Assembly: GCF_004010195.1 (NCBI RefSeq)
Contig: NC_057760.1
Location: 1,802,776-1,866,775 of the forward strand
DNA: 64,000 nt
Direction of reading: 5' to 3'
From: Chiloscyllium plagiosum
Taxonomy: Eukaryota
The position numbers were made by a program, and so were the translations under genes. This document shows, in pieces, positions 50,645 to 63,611 of the stretch. Numbering within the stretch: the first letter of the stretch is position 1; every line of letters begins with the position of its first letter. The notes under the pieces are model-generated. The model saw only the letters and a list, made by a program, of their open reading frames with translations, was not told where the DNA came from and searched no databases.

Positions 50645-51400
50645 AGCTGCGACTCCACTTTCAAGGAGCTATGAACCTGCACTCCAAGGTCTCTTTGTTC
50701 AGCAACTCCCCAGGACCTGACCATTATGTGTATAAGTCCTGACCTGATTTGCTTTTCCAAAATGCAACACCTTGCATTTATCTAAATTAAACTCCATCTG
50801 CCTCCCCTCAGCCCATTGGCCCATCTGATCCAGATCCTGTTGTAATCTGAGGTAACCTTCTTTGCTGTCCACTACACCTCCCATTTTGGTGTCATCTGCA
50901 AACTTACTAACTCTACCTCCTATGTTCACATCCAGATCATTTATATAATTTAAAAGCAGTAGACCCAGCACCGATCCTTGTGGCACTCCACTGGTCACAG
51001 GCCTCCAGTCTGAAAAACAACCCTCCAATTCCACCCTCTGTCTTCTACCTTTGAGCCAGTTTTGTATCCAAATGGCTAGTGCTCCCTGTATTCCATGAGA
51101 TCTAACCTTGCTAATCAGTCTCCCATGGGGAACCTTGCCAAACACCTTATTGAAGGCCATACAGATCACATCCACTGCTCTGCCCTCAACAATCCTCTTT
51201 GTTACTTCTTCAACAATGCAATAAAGTTAGTGAGACATGATTTCCCACGCACAAAGCCATGTTGACTATCCCTAATCAGTCCTTGCCTTTCCAAATACAT
51301 GTACACCCTCTCCCTCAGGATTCCCTCCAACAACTTGCCCACCACCAATGTCAGGCTCACTGGTCTTCGTTCCTGGCTTTTCCTTACCACCTTTCTTACT
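50645..51400 (-). mobile_element. CR1 RT fragment
   Basis: VPQGSVLGLL…SKFADDTK (ORF 50699-51175). Confidence 0.88.
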
Positions 51401-51883
51401 TAGTCAATATCTAACCCGGTGCTGTCCCTGTCCTGGGAGTGTTTGATGGGGGACAGTGTAGAGGGAGCTTTACTCTGTATCTAACCCGGTGCTGTCCCTG
51501 TCCTGGGAGTGTTTCATGGGGGGACAGTGTAGAGGGAGCTTTATTCTGTATCTAACCCTGTGCTGTCCCTGTCCCTGGGGGTGTTTGATGGGGGGGACAG
51601 TGTAGAGAGAGCTTTACTCTGTATCTAACCCCGTGCTGTCCCTGGGAGTGTCTGATGGGGGCACAGTGCAGAGGGAGCTTTACTCTGTATCCAACCCCAT
51701 GCATACTCTGTTCTGGCTGTGTCGGATGATGACCGGTGCTCAGGAAGCTTTACATTGTGTCTAACTCCCAGGAATGTTTGATGGTGGGACAGTGTAGAGG
51801 GAGCTTTACTCTGTATCTAACCCTGTGCTGTCCCTGCCAGTGTGTGTTTTACTCTTCATTAACAGCATGCGGTTTGATTTCAG

Positions 51884-52159
51884 GAGATAGATGACGACAA
51901 TTTCAATGAGATCCTGAAAATCTCTCCAATGTCAATGAGGGACCGTCTGGAGACAAAGGCCGATGAGCTGAAGGGTGAATTTAAGCAGCAACTGGAAGTG
52001 GGTGAGGAACAGAGAGAGAGTGAGGTCACGGAGTTGGATAATCTCCTGAAGGAAGAGATTGAGAACTTCTGCCCAGCCTACACGAGGCAGTTCCATCGGG
52101 TGATTTGTACCCTGAGGGAGAGGTTGCTGCAGGAGTTTAAAGACTTCATCAAACTGCAG
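51884..52159 (+). CDS. Repeat exon B (92 aa)
   Basis: tttgatttcAG…CAG/GTAACT, 276 nt, phase 0-0: EIDDDNFNEILKISPMSMRDRLETKADEL…FCPAYTRQFHRVICTLRERLLQEFKDFIKLQ. Confidence 0.85.
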
Positions 52160-52800
52160 GTAACTGTTAGAAAATGATCAGAGCTTCGTGACAGGACAGG
52201 AATACCAACAGTTAAAATGCACCTTTATCCAGTACTAATGCTGTGCTGTCCCTGTCCCTGGGAGTGTTTGATGCGGGGGACAGTGTAGAGGGATCTTTAC
52301 TCTGTATCTCACCCCATGCTGTCATTGTGCGTGTTTGATGTGGGGATAGTGTAGAGAGAGTTTTACTCTGTATCTAACACTGTGCTGTTCTTGTCCTGGA
52401 AGTGTTTGATGGGGGGACAGTGTAGAGGGAGCTTTACTCTGTATCTAACCCCATGCTGTCCCTGACTCTGGGATTGTTTGATGGGGGGACAGTGTAGGGG
52501 GAGCTTTACTCTGTATCTAACCCCGTGCTGTCCCTGTCCCTGGGTGTTTTTGATGGGGAGGACAGTGTAGAGGGAGCTTTACTCTGTATCTAACCCCGTG
52601 CTGTCCCTGTCCCTGGGAGTGTTTGATGGGGGGACAGTGTAGAGGTAGCTTTACTCTGTATCTAACCCCGTGCTGTCGCTGTCCCTGGGAGTGTTTGATG
52701 GGGGGACAGTGTAGAGGGAGCTTTACTCTGTATCTAACCCTGTGCTGTCCCTGCCAGTGTGTGTTTTACTCTTCATTAACAGCATGCGGTTTGATTTCAG

Positions 52801-53076
52801 GAGATAGATGACGACAATTTCAATGAGATCCTGAAAACCTCTCCGATGTCAATGAGGGACCGTCTGGAGACAAAGGCCAATGAGCTGGTGGAGGAATTTA
52901 AGCAGCAACTGGAAGTGGGTGAGGAACCGAGAGAGGGTGAGGTCACGGAGTTGGATAATCTCCTGAAGAAAGAGACTGAGAACTTCTGCAAGGCTTATAC
53001 CACAAACTATAACTGGGCCATTGGCATCCTGAGGCAAACGTTGTTGAAGGGGTTTGAATGTTTCATCAAGGAGCAG
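52801..53076 (+). CDS. Repeat exon C (92 aa)
   Basis: tttgatttcAG…CAG/GTAACT, 276 nt, phase 0-0, open. Confidence 0.85.
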
Positions 53077-53203
53077 GTAACTCAGATCCAAAATGTACAG
53101 TGCTTGTGAATGCAACAGTGTAGAGGCAGCTTTACTCTGTATCTGTGCTGCCTCTGTCGTTGTGTGCTTTGCTCACCATTAACTGCATGTGGTTTAATTT
53201 CAG

Positions 53204-53479
53204 GAGGTAGGTGATGATGATATCTCTGTGATCCTGAAAACCTCTCTGATGTCAATGAGGAACCGTCTGGAGACAAAGGCCAATGAGCTGAAGGGTGAAT
53301 TTAAGCAGCAACTGGAAGTGGGTGAGGAACAGAGAGAGAGTGAGGTCACGGAGTTGGATAATCTCCTGAAGAAAGACACTGAGAACTTCTGCAAGGCTTA
53401 TACCACAAAATATAACTGGGCCATTGGCAACCTGAGGCAAATGTTGCTGAAGGGGTTTGAATGTTTCATCAAGGAGCAG
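53204..53479 (+). CDS. Repeat exon D (92 aa)
   Basis: tttaatttcAG…CAG/GTAACT, 276 nt, phase 0-0. The preceding intron is only 127 nt. Confidence 0.83.
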
Positions 53480-54410
53480 GTAACTCAGATCCAAAATGTA
53501 CAGTGCTTGTGAATGCAACAGTGTAGAGCGAGCTTTACTCTGTACCTAGGCCCATGCTGTCCCTGTCCCTGGGAGTGTTTGATGGGGGGGACAGTGTAGA
53601 GGGAGCTTTACTCTGTACCTAAGCCCATGTTGTCCCATGCCTGGGAGTGTTTGATGGGGGGACAGTGTAGAGGGAGCTTTACTCTGTATCTAACACCGTG
53701 CTGTCCCTGTCCCTGGGAGTGTTTGATGGGGGGACAGTGTAGAGGGGGCTTTACACTGTATCTAACCCCGTGCTGTCCCTGTCCCTGGGAGTGTTTGATG
53801 GGGGGACCGTGTAGAGGGAGCTTTACTCTGTATCTAACCCCGTGCTGTCCCTGTCCCTGGGAGTGTCTGATGGGGGGACCGTGTAGAGGGAGCTTTACTC
53901 TGTGTCTAACCCCGTGCAGTCCCTGTCCCTGGGATTGTCTGATGGGGGCACAGTGTAGAGGGAGCTTTACTCTGTATCCAATCCCATGCATACACTGTTC
54001 TGGCTGTGTCTGATGATGACCGGTGCTCAGGAAGCTTTACATTGTGTCTAACTCCCAGGAATGTTTGATGGGAGCAGAGTAGAGGGAGCTTTACTCTGTA
54101 TCTAACCCCGTGCTGNNNNNNNNNNNNNNNNNNNNNNNNNNNNNNNNNNNNNNNNNNNNNNNNNNNNNNNNNNNNNNNNNNNNNNNNNNNNNNNNNNTAA
54201 CTCTGTGCTGTCCCTGTCCTGGGAGTGTTTGATGGGGGACAGTGTAGAGGGAGCTTTACTCTGTATCTAACCCCGTGCTGTCCCTGTCCCTGGGAGTGTT
54301 TGATGGGGGGACAGTGTAGAGGGAGCTTTACTCTGTACCTAACCCCGTGCTGTCACTGTCAGTGTGCAATGTGTGCTTTACTCACCATTAATTACGTGGT
54401 TTAATTTCAG

Positions 54411-54680
54411 GAGATAGATGATGATGATGATGATGATGATGATATCTCTGAGATCCTGAAAACCTCTCCGATGTCAATGAGGGACCGTCTGGAGACGAAG
54501 GCCAATGAGCTGGTGGAGGAATTTAAGCAGCAACTGGAAGTGAATGACCTGGAGTTGAATAAATCCCTGAAGAAAGAGACTGAGAAGTTCTGCAAGGCTT
54601 ACACGAAACAGTTTAACAGGGCGATTGGCAAACTGATGGAGCAGATGCTGAAGCAGTTTGAACATTTCACCAAACAGCAG
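54411..54680 (+). CDS. Repeat exon E (90 aa)
   Basis: ttaatttcAG…CAG/GTAACT, 270 nt. Nine-Asp run and an in-frame 7-codon deletion. Ends …FCKAYTKQFNRAIGKLMEQMLKQFEHFTKQQ. Confidence 0.85.
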
Positions 54681-55299
54681 GTAACTCCGATACAAATTGA
54701 ACAAAGCTGTGCTACGGGACAGGGGATAGCAAGGCAGACCCAGTCAGCATCATCAACACTGGATTTGCAACAAAGTGAAATTAAAATGTTCCATGGCCCT
54801 CACAATTGCTCACTTATTCCTCAGCAAACATTAGGAATACTAGGTCTTGGACACTAAGTTTACAACTTCAACAAAATGAAGAATTGGGTATTAATATTGT
54901 AACTTCAGCAGAGCACAGATGGACAACAAAACAGTCTAACTGATATCTATAATCTCTGGCCAATCTTCTTTCATCCTCACCCCCACTCACACCAACAGAC
55001 AGACTGACCCAGTTCCAGTTCAATAACGGTTTCAGTGGTGAATACCAAGCCTTCATGAAATCCTTAGACTAATGGTTATTATATCCCATGCACATCTGAC
55101 TATATATTAATTGATCTGATTTATTATCAGGTGTACTGAAATCCAGTGAAAAGCTGTGTTTCTGAGCAGTACAGGCAGATCATCGAAAGGAAGGATGCAC
55201 AGATCAGAAAGACTTAGACAGAGGCGTACAGGTTATATTGCACAGGGCGTGTACTAGACGAGATCAGTGTTAGCCAGGACAGCAATGTTTCAGGCTAGA

Positions 55300-56570
55300 C
55301 AGTCCATTCATCAGTCTAATAACGGCCAGGAGGAAGCTATCCATGAACCTGCTGGTGCGTGCGTTCAGGTTTCTGTTTCTTCTGTCTGATGGAAGAGTCA
55401 GGGATCATTACCACGCGTGGGGGTGGGGGGAGGATGGCGATGGGTCTTTGATGTTGTCAGCAGCCTTTCCGCAGCAGCGAGCCTTGTAAATGGAGTCCAT
55501 GGATGGAAGGTTGGCTTCCCTGATGGTCTGGGCTGTGCACATCACCCTCTGTAGCTTCTTACTGTCCTGGGCAGAGCAGTTGCTATACCAGGCTGTTCTG
55601 GACCAGGACAGTGTGCGGTCAATGGTGCACCTGTAGCCACTGGCAAGGATCCGTATGGACACACCGAATTTCCTGAGGAAGAAGAGCCATTGTTGTGCCT
55701 TGGACCACTTGCCAACGCATGAAAGTCGGACAGGTGGTCAGTTATTGTCACTCCAAGCAACTTGACACTCTCCACCCTCTCACACTCTACTCCATTGATG
55801 TAGATGGGGCTGTGTTCTCTTTCTTCCTTTCTAAAGTCATTGATCAGACCTTTAGTTTTGCTGATATGGAGAGAGAGGTTGTTCTCATTGCACCACATCA
55901 TCAAGCCCTCTATCTCCCTTCTGTATTTTGACTCGTTGTTGTTAGATAGTCGTCTACCATGGTGGTGTCATCAGTGAACTTGTAGATAGTATTCATTTGG
56001 AATTTGGAAACACAGTCATGGGTGTACAGAGAGTTCGGGAGGAGGCTGAGGATGCATCCTTGGTGGGCGGGGGGGGCTCTAGTGTTGAGCATTATTGTGG
56101 AGGAGGTGCAGTTCCTATCCTCAATGATTACAGTCTGTGGGTGAGAAAGCTGAGGATCCAGTGGCAAAGGCAGAGCCCTGACCAAGGTCACAGATTTTTG
56201 AGATCAGTCTGGAGGGGATAATGATGTTGAACGCAGAACTGTAGTCAATGAGCAGGAGTCTGATGTAAGTGTCCTTGTTGTCCAGATGTTCCAGGAATGA
56301 GTGCACGACTTCGGGAAGTGACACCCGCTGCTGACCGGTTACATCGATAGGCAGATTGTAGGGGATTGAGGCAGGCTAGGAGACTGGAGTGGATGTGGGC
56401 CATGATCAGCCTCTCGAAGCACTTCATGATGACTGAGGTCAGAGCCACTGGGCGGTCATCATTAAGGCACATTGCATGCACTTTCTTAGGTATGGGGATG
56501 ATGATGGTGGTCTTCTTGAAGCAGGAGGGGACTATGATATGTAGGAGAGAGAGTTGGAATTCTGAAGTCA
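55300..56570 (-). mobile_element. Rex1/Babar-like LINE RT remnant
   Basis: PSCFKKTTIIIPIPKK…RPVALTSVIMKCFERL; LLIDYSSAFNII; QGCILS…YTHDC…YKFTDD. Confidence 0.85.
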
Positions 56571-56989
56571 CCAGTTAATGCAAACAGCCTCGGAGACATC
56601 TCGAGATTTTTACTTATTTCTTATTCTGAGGGATTCTTTCTCTGAATTTTCAAACAGTTAATAAAGAGAGAATAACTTGTAAAAGCTGTTTGTCCCTGAA
56701 CATAGCAACGTCTCAGTGTGAAAACATCTACTGTAGCCTTTGAACAGTAGTTAACCTGAATTATCTGTCCAGGCCAGTTCCCAACAGCAAATGTCTTCCT
56801 GTTGTTCTCTTCTTTCTTTCAACAAGTTGCTGTTCAAAGTTCAAAGCTCAATTCTCACCCTCATCTCTCAGTTTCAAATCAAAAAGGGCAAAGATCAAAG
56901 TAAAACAATGATGACCTCAGAATGTGTCCACCCTCAAAAGAGTGAAATGCCATTTCAATTGTGCAATTCATGACAAGGTTAATAACATG

Positions 56990-59000
56990 GAAACAATCAA
57001 CCAGGTAAAGACAGGCCAGATCAATATGTGGCTGAGGAGCTGGTTTTGGTGGCAGGGTTTTCAGTTCTTGGATCATTGGTATCTCTCATGGGGTAGAGGT
57101 GACCTGTACAAGAGGGACAGGTTAATTTGCTAATGTTACCTGGGAGGGTTTAAACTACTTTGGTGGGGGGGAGGGGGAAGGTGGGACTCTGAATAAGAGA
57201 TTGACCATTGAGACTGAGGACTGGGATATTATAGCCATAACAGAAACGTGGCAGAGAAGGGTAGGACTGGCAGCTCAGTGTTCCAGGATACAGAAGATAC
57301 AGGCGTGACAGAAGGACAAGTAAGCAAGGAGGGGGCAGAAATTGCCCTTTTGTTAAACGAGGACATAACAATAGTACTTAGAGAGGATATTCTTAAGGGG
57401 TCATCAAATAAGGCCATATGGTTTGAACTTCGAAACAAGAAGGGAATGGTCACTCTATTGGGACTGTATTATAGACCCCCAAATAGTCAGCTCCTCTTCC
57501 ACCTCATATGGCGTTAACATAGAATTCACCAACGTCCAAATCTCTCCACCCCCAACCTCATCCCAGGTCCAGCCCTCCCTCTCCACTCCACCCCTTAACC
57601 TGACCCTACCTGTCCATCTTCCTTCGAACCTATCCATTCCACCCTTCCCAATGACCAATCACAATCACCTCCTACCTGCATCCACCTATCACCATCCCAC
57701 CTACCTTTCCCCAGTCCCAGTCTCTCCCTCTATTTAGTTCTCAGCCCCCTAGCCCTCCCCCAGTCCTAATGAAAGGTTCCAACCTGTAATATCGACTCCT
57801 GTGATGCTGCTTGACCTGCTGTGCTTTTTCAGCTCCACTCTTATCCACTCTGGATTAACCACAGGAAATGCAGGCTTACAGGGTTAGGTGAGTGGGGGCA
57901 GGTCCAGGTGGAATGCTGTTTGGAGAGTTAGTATGGATTTATTGGGCCAAATGGTTTGTTTCCATTATGTAGGGATTCTGTGATCGATCTATGATGAGTT
58001 AATCTTATAATAGAGAGCTCTATTTGGGAATTGTCCAATTCTCTTCAGTTCTCATTCTTCTTTCTCATATCCTCCTCTACTTACTAGTTGACACACCTGT
58101 ATATTCACATACAACACGAGAAAATGCTAGAGAAACTCAACAGGTCTGGTAGAGAGAAACCAAAATTAAAATTGAGTCCAGTAACCCTTTGTTAGGAGAG
58201 TTCCAAGACTTAATGACCCGCCTTGGAAACTGTTTAATTTTCACTTCCATGAGAATTACAGTGTAAGTGGAAGAGCCTTGGGAAAAGTTGATGAACAGAG
58301 GGATCTGGGAGTTCAGATCCATTGTACCCTGAAGGTTGCTGCACAGGTGGACAGAGTGGTGAAGAAGGCATCTGGTATACTTGTCTTCATCGGACTGAGT
58401 ATTGAGTATGAGAGCTGGCAGGTCATGTTAAAACTGTACAAGACTTTGGTTCGGCTGCATTTGGAATACTGTGTACAGTTCTGGTCACCACATTACCAAA
58501 AGGATGTGGACGCTTTGAAGAGGGTGCAGAGAAGGTTTACGAGGATGTCACCTGGTATAGAAGGTGATAGCTATGAAGAGAGGTTGAGTAGGTTATGTTT
58601 GTTTTCATTAGAGAAAAGGAGATTGAGGGGGGACCTTATTGAGGGCTACAAAGTCATGAAGGATAGAGACAAGTTGGGTAGAAACAGGCATTTTCCCAGG
58701 GTGAGGGATTCAATAACGAGAGATCACGCATTCAAGGTGCAATGTGAAACATTTAAGGGGGATACATATGGAAAGTACTTCACACAGAGGGTGATAGATG
58801 CCTGGAACACGTTGCCAGCGGAGGTAGTAGAGGTAGGCACAGTAGATTTATTTAAGGTGTGAGATGCATGATGCATGAGTCGGAGTGGTGGGAGTAGAGC
58901 GATACAGATGCTTTGGAAATGGGTGATAGGTTTTGACAGTGGATTTGGATCAGCTCAGGTTTGGAGGGTCAAAGTGCCTGTTCCTGGACTTTAAATTATT
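56990..59000 (+). mobile_element. CR1 fragments (APE piece 56990-57490; 3' end 58250-59000) with a Penelope piece (~57490-57850)
   Basis: IWFELRNKKGMVTLLGLYYRPPNS; ORF 58278-58862 is the CR1 C-terminus. Confidence 0.8.
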
Positions 59001-60111
59001 TTTGTTCTTTAATTGGTATTATTTCTGGATCAGGATGGCATGTAACTTTACTCTCTGGACAATATGCCTAATAATTTTTTTTTTGTTCAACGTTTTACAA
59101 GTTGGCAAACACATGACACACTAACAGTTTGTGGTCAACAAAAATACAAAGAAACAGGTCCCAAAAACAAACGCTCCATGTCCCCCATAGCCAACAGGAA
59201 AAGCAGCACACAGGACCAACAAAGTAAACTATATCACATTCCTCCAAATAAAAACACACAGTGAAACAGCAGGAAAACAGTGCAGGAAAGCAAGCCGCCT
59301 TCAAAATTAACTCTTCCTCAGAGGTACACAAAACACAATGCACATAATGGAAACACGATTCAATCACATCCAGCATGAGAAGATACAGTGCAAACAGTGA
59401 GGGAGCAGATCCATTCCAAGGCAGAGTCCACTCACAAACTGGGGTCCACCCCCAATACAGAAGCCGTTCCCAGAGTTCACCATCTGACCTAGAACCCACT
59501 TCCCAAACCAGAACCTGCCTCCGACAACAGGTTTCGCTCCCGGTGGCAGGTCCTTCTTCTGTCGGCAGGGTTCACACACTGAATGCAAAGGCTTGACACT
59601 CCCATGAGGTCTGGTCTACTCACACTGCCACAATCTGTTCCCAGGGGCCAAGCCCCTACTCAGTGAATTTGGAGCCACCAAACAGGTTCAAGTCCATGAA
59701 CAGGAATCAGGGCAGGGCAGGGCAGGTAAGAAGTTCAGTCCAAACAGCTGACTGTGGAACAATGAATATGCCCCACCATCAAATTGCCTCTTCCACTCCC
59801 ACATCTTCTCCCAAGATCACAGTATGCGTAATACATTCTGTTGGTCAGCCAGGACTTTCCTGTTTGGTCCTGGTTGGTCCTGGTTGACAACCACAATTAA
59901 TGTGATCAACCTGGTTCCAATTGCTACAACAAGCAACTTAAACACCAAGGTTAAAACGTTAACAAAAATTAACAATTTGCAATGAATAATGTGACTTTAG
60001 TAGAGCATATCTGAAGAAAGAGGCAATCCAATTAATATCCAGTCTTTTGGGTGAACACAAGGGAGAATTTTAAAGGCAACATAAAAGAATTGTAATTTGC
60101 CAGTTCAATAC

Positions 60112-60877
60112 TGTTACGACATGGTGGTGAATCCCTCTGTTAACTAATCCAAATGCACAGAAAAGCTCACCTCGCCTCGTAATCTGTTCAAGTATAAGTG
60201 ACTGACAACTCCCAATTTCACTGTTAAAAGAAAAATATCAATTTAGTCTTTAACTCTAAAAGTGAATATTAAGCAACAACTATTTACAACTCTAAGCCTC
60301 CCTTCTCCGAACTGCTTGTTATCTGCCTTCAGATCTCTAACAATATACTGTTCCAATAAAAGCCCGTATGAAAATTACATCAACTTAATTTTCAAAACCA
60401 GACAGCTGCAGTCACTGGTGTTCTCTTCCCTCTGGCTGTAGATCTCCCTGGGTCATCTTCAGTCTTTTGCTACAAAGACGTTTCATATGAAAAGGTACCT
60501 TTGATAAAATGTTTTGAATGGCAGTCTGTTTTCATGGCAGTTTGTCTCTCTCACTGGCCAACTCTCAAAATGCCTGCTTTTTTATACCCCAAACATCGGA
60601 TTGTCTCATTGGTTCCAGGTTGGCGAAAACAATAAATTCAAATGTGATTGGGTTTTAGTATCTTGGGACATAACTTAAACTGGTTAAATTCAAATGCTTG
60701 TTAACGTAGCAACTAAAACTCAGGTAATTGTTTCACAGCCAAATGTTACATATTTTCAATTTTCCAGTACACTCTGAGACTGCTACTCAGTCATATGACA
60801 GGTGCTTGTAAGCGCTCCGTGTGTAATACAGCTTTCACTCTCTCAAAGGTACAGTGCATGCCTTCAACTTCCTTACA
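60112..60877 (-). mobile_element. Solo LTR, 766 bp, 4-bp TSD atac
   Basis: TGTTAC…TTACA termini. atac at 60108-60111 and 60878-60881. Homologous (inverted) to the LTR at 19398-20135. Confidence 0.85.
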
Positions 60878-61204
60878 ATACACATTTCAACAGTGAATAC
60901 TGGGAATATTCGATAGTGTTGACCTCCCCTCTGATAATTAAAACTGAAACACCCAGTGCAGACCACCTCCTCTGTAATCTGATAAAGAAGTGTGACAAGG
61001 GGTATAACCTACCTGTCATGCCCAGAATCTGTTATAAAGGGTTGGTTAAATGAAATGAATCCTCTTACTCACTCACCAATTAACAAGTAACAATTTATTT
61101 ATCTAACTCCAACAGTGAACAAATTTACAGACTTCCTAACAAACTGAACAATTACTCCCAAACTACTGCCTGTTCCCTCACTGAACATAATCCCGTTGGT
61201 AGGC

Positions 61205-62016
61205 AAAAGTGAGGACTGCAGATGCTGGAAACCAGAGTTTAGATCAGAGTGGTGCTGGAAAAGCACAGCAGGTCAGGCAGCATCTGAGGAGCAGGAGAAT
61301 CGACGTTTTGGGCATAAGGCCTTCTTCAGGAACTTCATCAGCGTGCCTGCAGGGTGGAGAGATAGGTCAGACGGGAGGGTGAAGCAGTTAGGTGGGAAGG
61401 GAGATTGGCCGGTAGGACAGGTCATGAGGATGGTGCTGAGCTAGAATGTTGGAATTGGGGTAAGGTGGGGAGAGGGGACATGAGCAAACTGGTGAAGTCC
61501 ACATTGATGCCCTGGGGTTGGAGGATCCTGAGGCGTTCTTCCTCCAGGCATCGGGTGGTGAGGGCATGGTGGTGGAGGAGGCTCAGGACCTGCATGTCCT
61601 CGGCTGAGTGGGAGGAGGAGTTGAAATGTTGGGCCACAGGGCGGTGGAGTTGATTGGTGCGGGTGTCCCAGAGATGTTCCCTGAAGCGCTCTGCGAGGAG
61701 GCTTCCAGTCTCCCCAATGTAGAGGAGACCGTTTCGGGACCAACCTTCCAGCTCAGCACCTGTCCTACCTGCCAATCTCCCTTCTCACCTAACCACTCCA
61801 CCCTCCTGTCTGACCTATCACCTCCATCCCCACCCCCATTCACCTATTGTACTCTTTGCTACCTTCTCCCTAGCCCCACCCCTCTCTCATTTATCTCTCC
61901 ACCCTGCAGGCACCCTGCCTCTTTTCCTCATGAAGGGCTTTTGCCCGAAATGTCAATTTTCCTGCTCCTCTGATGCTGCCTGACTTGCTGTGCTTTTCCA
62001 GCAGCGCTCTGATCTA
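61205..62016. mobile_element. Penelope-like element with GIY-YIG remnant and inverted pLTRs, inserted in an LTR-like sequence (~60990-62656)
   Basis: GLLYIGETGSLLAERFREHL…VAQHFNSSSH (ORF 61422-61775). Degenerate TSD aatccc(g/a)tt(g/a)gta(g/t)gca. Decayed hammerhead cores at both ends. Confidence 0.8.
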
Positions 62017-63335
62017 ATCCCATTAGTATGCAGTTTCAATAACCCAGGCCCCACTTATATAAATCCAATTAATAAGAATAGTAAATTAAACTTAGTCTCT
62101 CGAGGTTCACACAGAATGGATCGTACTGGATTTTCTGTATTTTACGTTCCGCTGATTGTACTGTCAGGCATGTTTTCTCTACGAATCATCTGTTCTCAAA
62201 GCCTCGCTCTTTAAATTCTGGTGTCAACAATATTTGCTAAATGTGCCACATACGTTTCAGATGGACAGTGTTTTTTTTAAGAGAGCTTTCTTGTGGAGAT
62301 TTCTTGTGAAAGCCTGATATCTCTTTCTCAGATAGCACTTTACTCTCATCGCTTTAGATGACAGTTCTTTCTCCCTCTAACTTTTAAATACATGCTTCTT
62401 TTATCCCCATGATTATATTTTAATTTCTTTACAATCGGATTGGTTCGAGGTTGTCAAAGTCATCAGATTTGAATTTAGTTGATCCTTAGTCTCCAAGTGC
62501 CTTTGTGAATTAATTGGCTGAATTTAAACTGTTGTCTGGGTAAAAATGCTGCTTGGGCCTACGAACTGAACAGCTTTTTGAGACATTGTCAATTCGAGCA
62601 CCTGCAGCTGCTCACAGACATTTATTTTTAAATCTCGAAGCAGCAAGGGACGTCACAGTGCTTACCCCAATTTACAATTTCCCCATTTTTACAGACCAAC
62701 TTCGTGGCAATAGGGACAGTTTGGAGAGAGCTTTAGAGGTAGCATTGCTCTGTAGCTAATACTGTGCTGTCCCTGTCTTGGGAGAGTATAATAGGGGCAG
62801 TGTAGAAGGAGTTTTACTCTGTATCTAACATGGTGCTGTCCCTGTATCCATGTCCTTGGAGTGTTTGATCAGGGACAATGTAGAGGGAGCTTTACTCTGT
62901 ATCTAACCCCATGCTGTCCCTGTCCCTTGGAGTGTTTGATGGAGGCACAGTGTAGAGGGAACTTTACTCTGAATCTAACCCCGTGCTGTCCCTGTCCCTG
63001 GGAGTGTTTGATCAGGGACAATGTAGAGGGAGCTTTACTCTGTATCTAACCCCATGCTGTCCCTGTCCCTTGGAGTGTTTGATGGAGGCACAGTGTAGAG
63101 GGAACTTTACTCTGAATCTAACCCCGTGCTGTCCCTGTCCCTGGGAGTGTTTGATGGGGGACAGTGTAGAGGGAGAGTTACTCTGTATCTAACCCCGTGC
63201 TGTCCCTGTCCCAGGGTGTGTTTGATGGGGGGACAGTGTAGAGGGAGCTTTACTCTGTATCTAACCCCGTGCTGTCTCTGTCCCTGGGCGTGTTTAATAA
63301 AGAGGTCTAAGCTAATCCGTGTGTGTTGATTTCAG

Positions 63336-63611
63336 CATCGGGGTAATGAGGATATCATGGTGAGACTGAAGACCACTCCAGCATCGATGAGGAAGTGTCT
63401 GGATAAAAAGGCCTGTGAGCTGATCAGGGATTTCCAGTCACATCTGTTGCTGAGTGAGGGGGAGAGTGAGAAGGAGGTCACTGAATTGAAGGAACATCTG
63501 AATGAGATGATTGAGAACTTCTGCATATCACACGGGAATACATTCACCTCAGCAATCGAGAAACTGAGGCAGGAGAAACTGAAAGAGTTTGAAAGTTTCA
63601 TCAATCAACAG
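63336..63611 (+). CDS. Repeat exon F (92 aa, divergent paralogous unit)
   Basis: gttgatttcAG…CAG/GTAAGT, 276 nt, phase 0-0: HRGNEDIMVRLKTTPASMRKCLDKKACELIRDFQSHL…FCISHGNTFTSAIEKLRQEKLKEFESFINQQ. Confidence 0.85.

Noticed and set aside
53627..54013. Cys-rich repeat protein (CRGSFTLYLTPCCPCPWECLMGGQ)n, also at 9979-10385, 46304-46598 and 62861-63329
   Set aside because: Translation of the 72-bp intronic minisatellite; frames break with G-run length changes.
46833..54704. Antisense ORFs (MQKFSVSFF…, MHSQALY…) over the repeat exons
   Set aside because: Shadows of the sense coding frame, without conserved splice signals.
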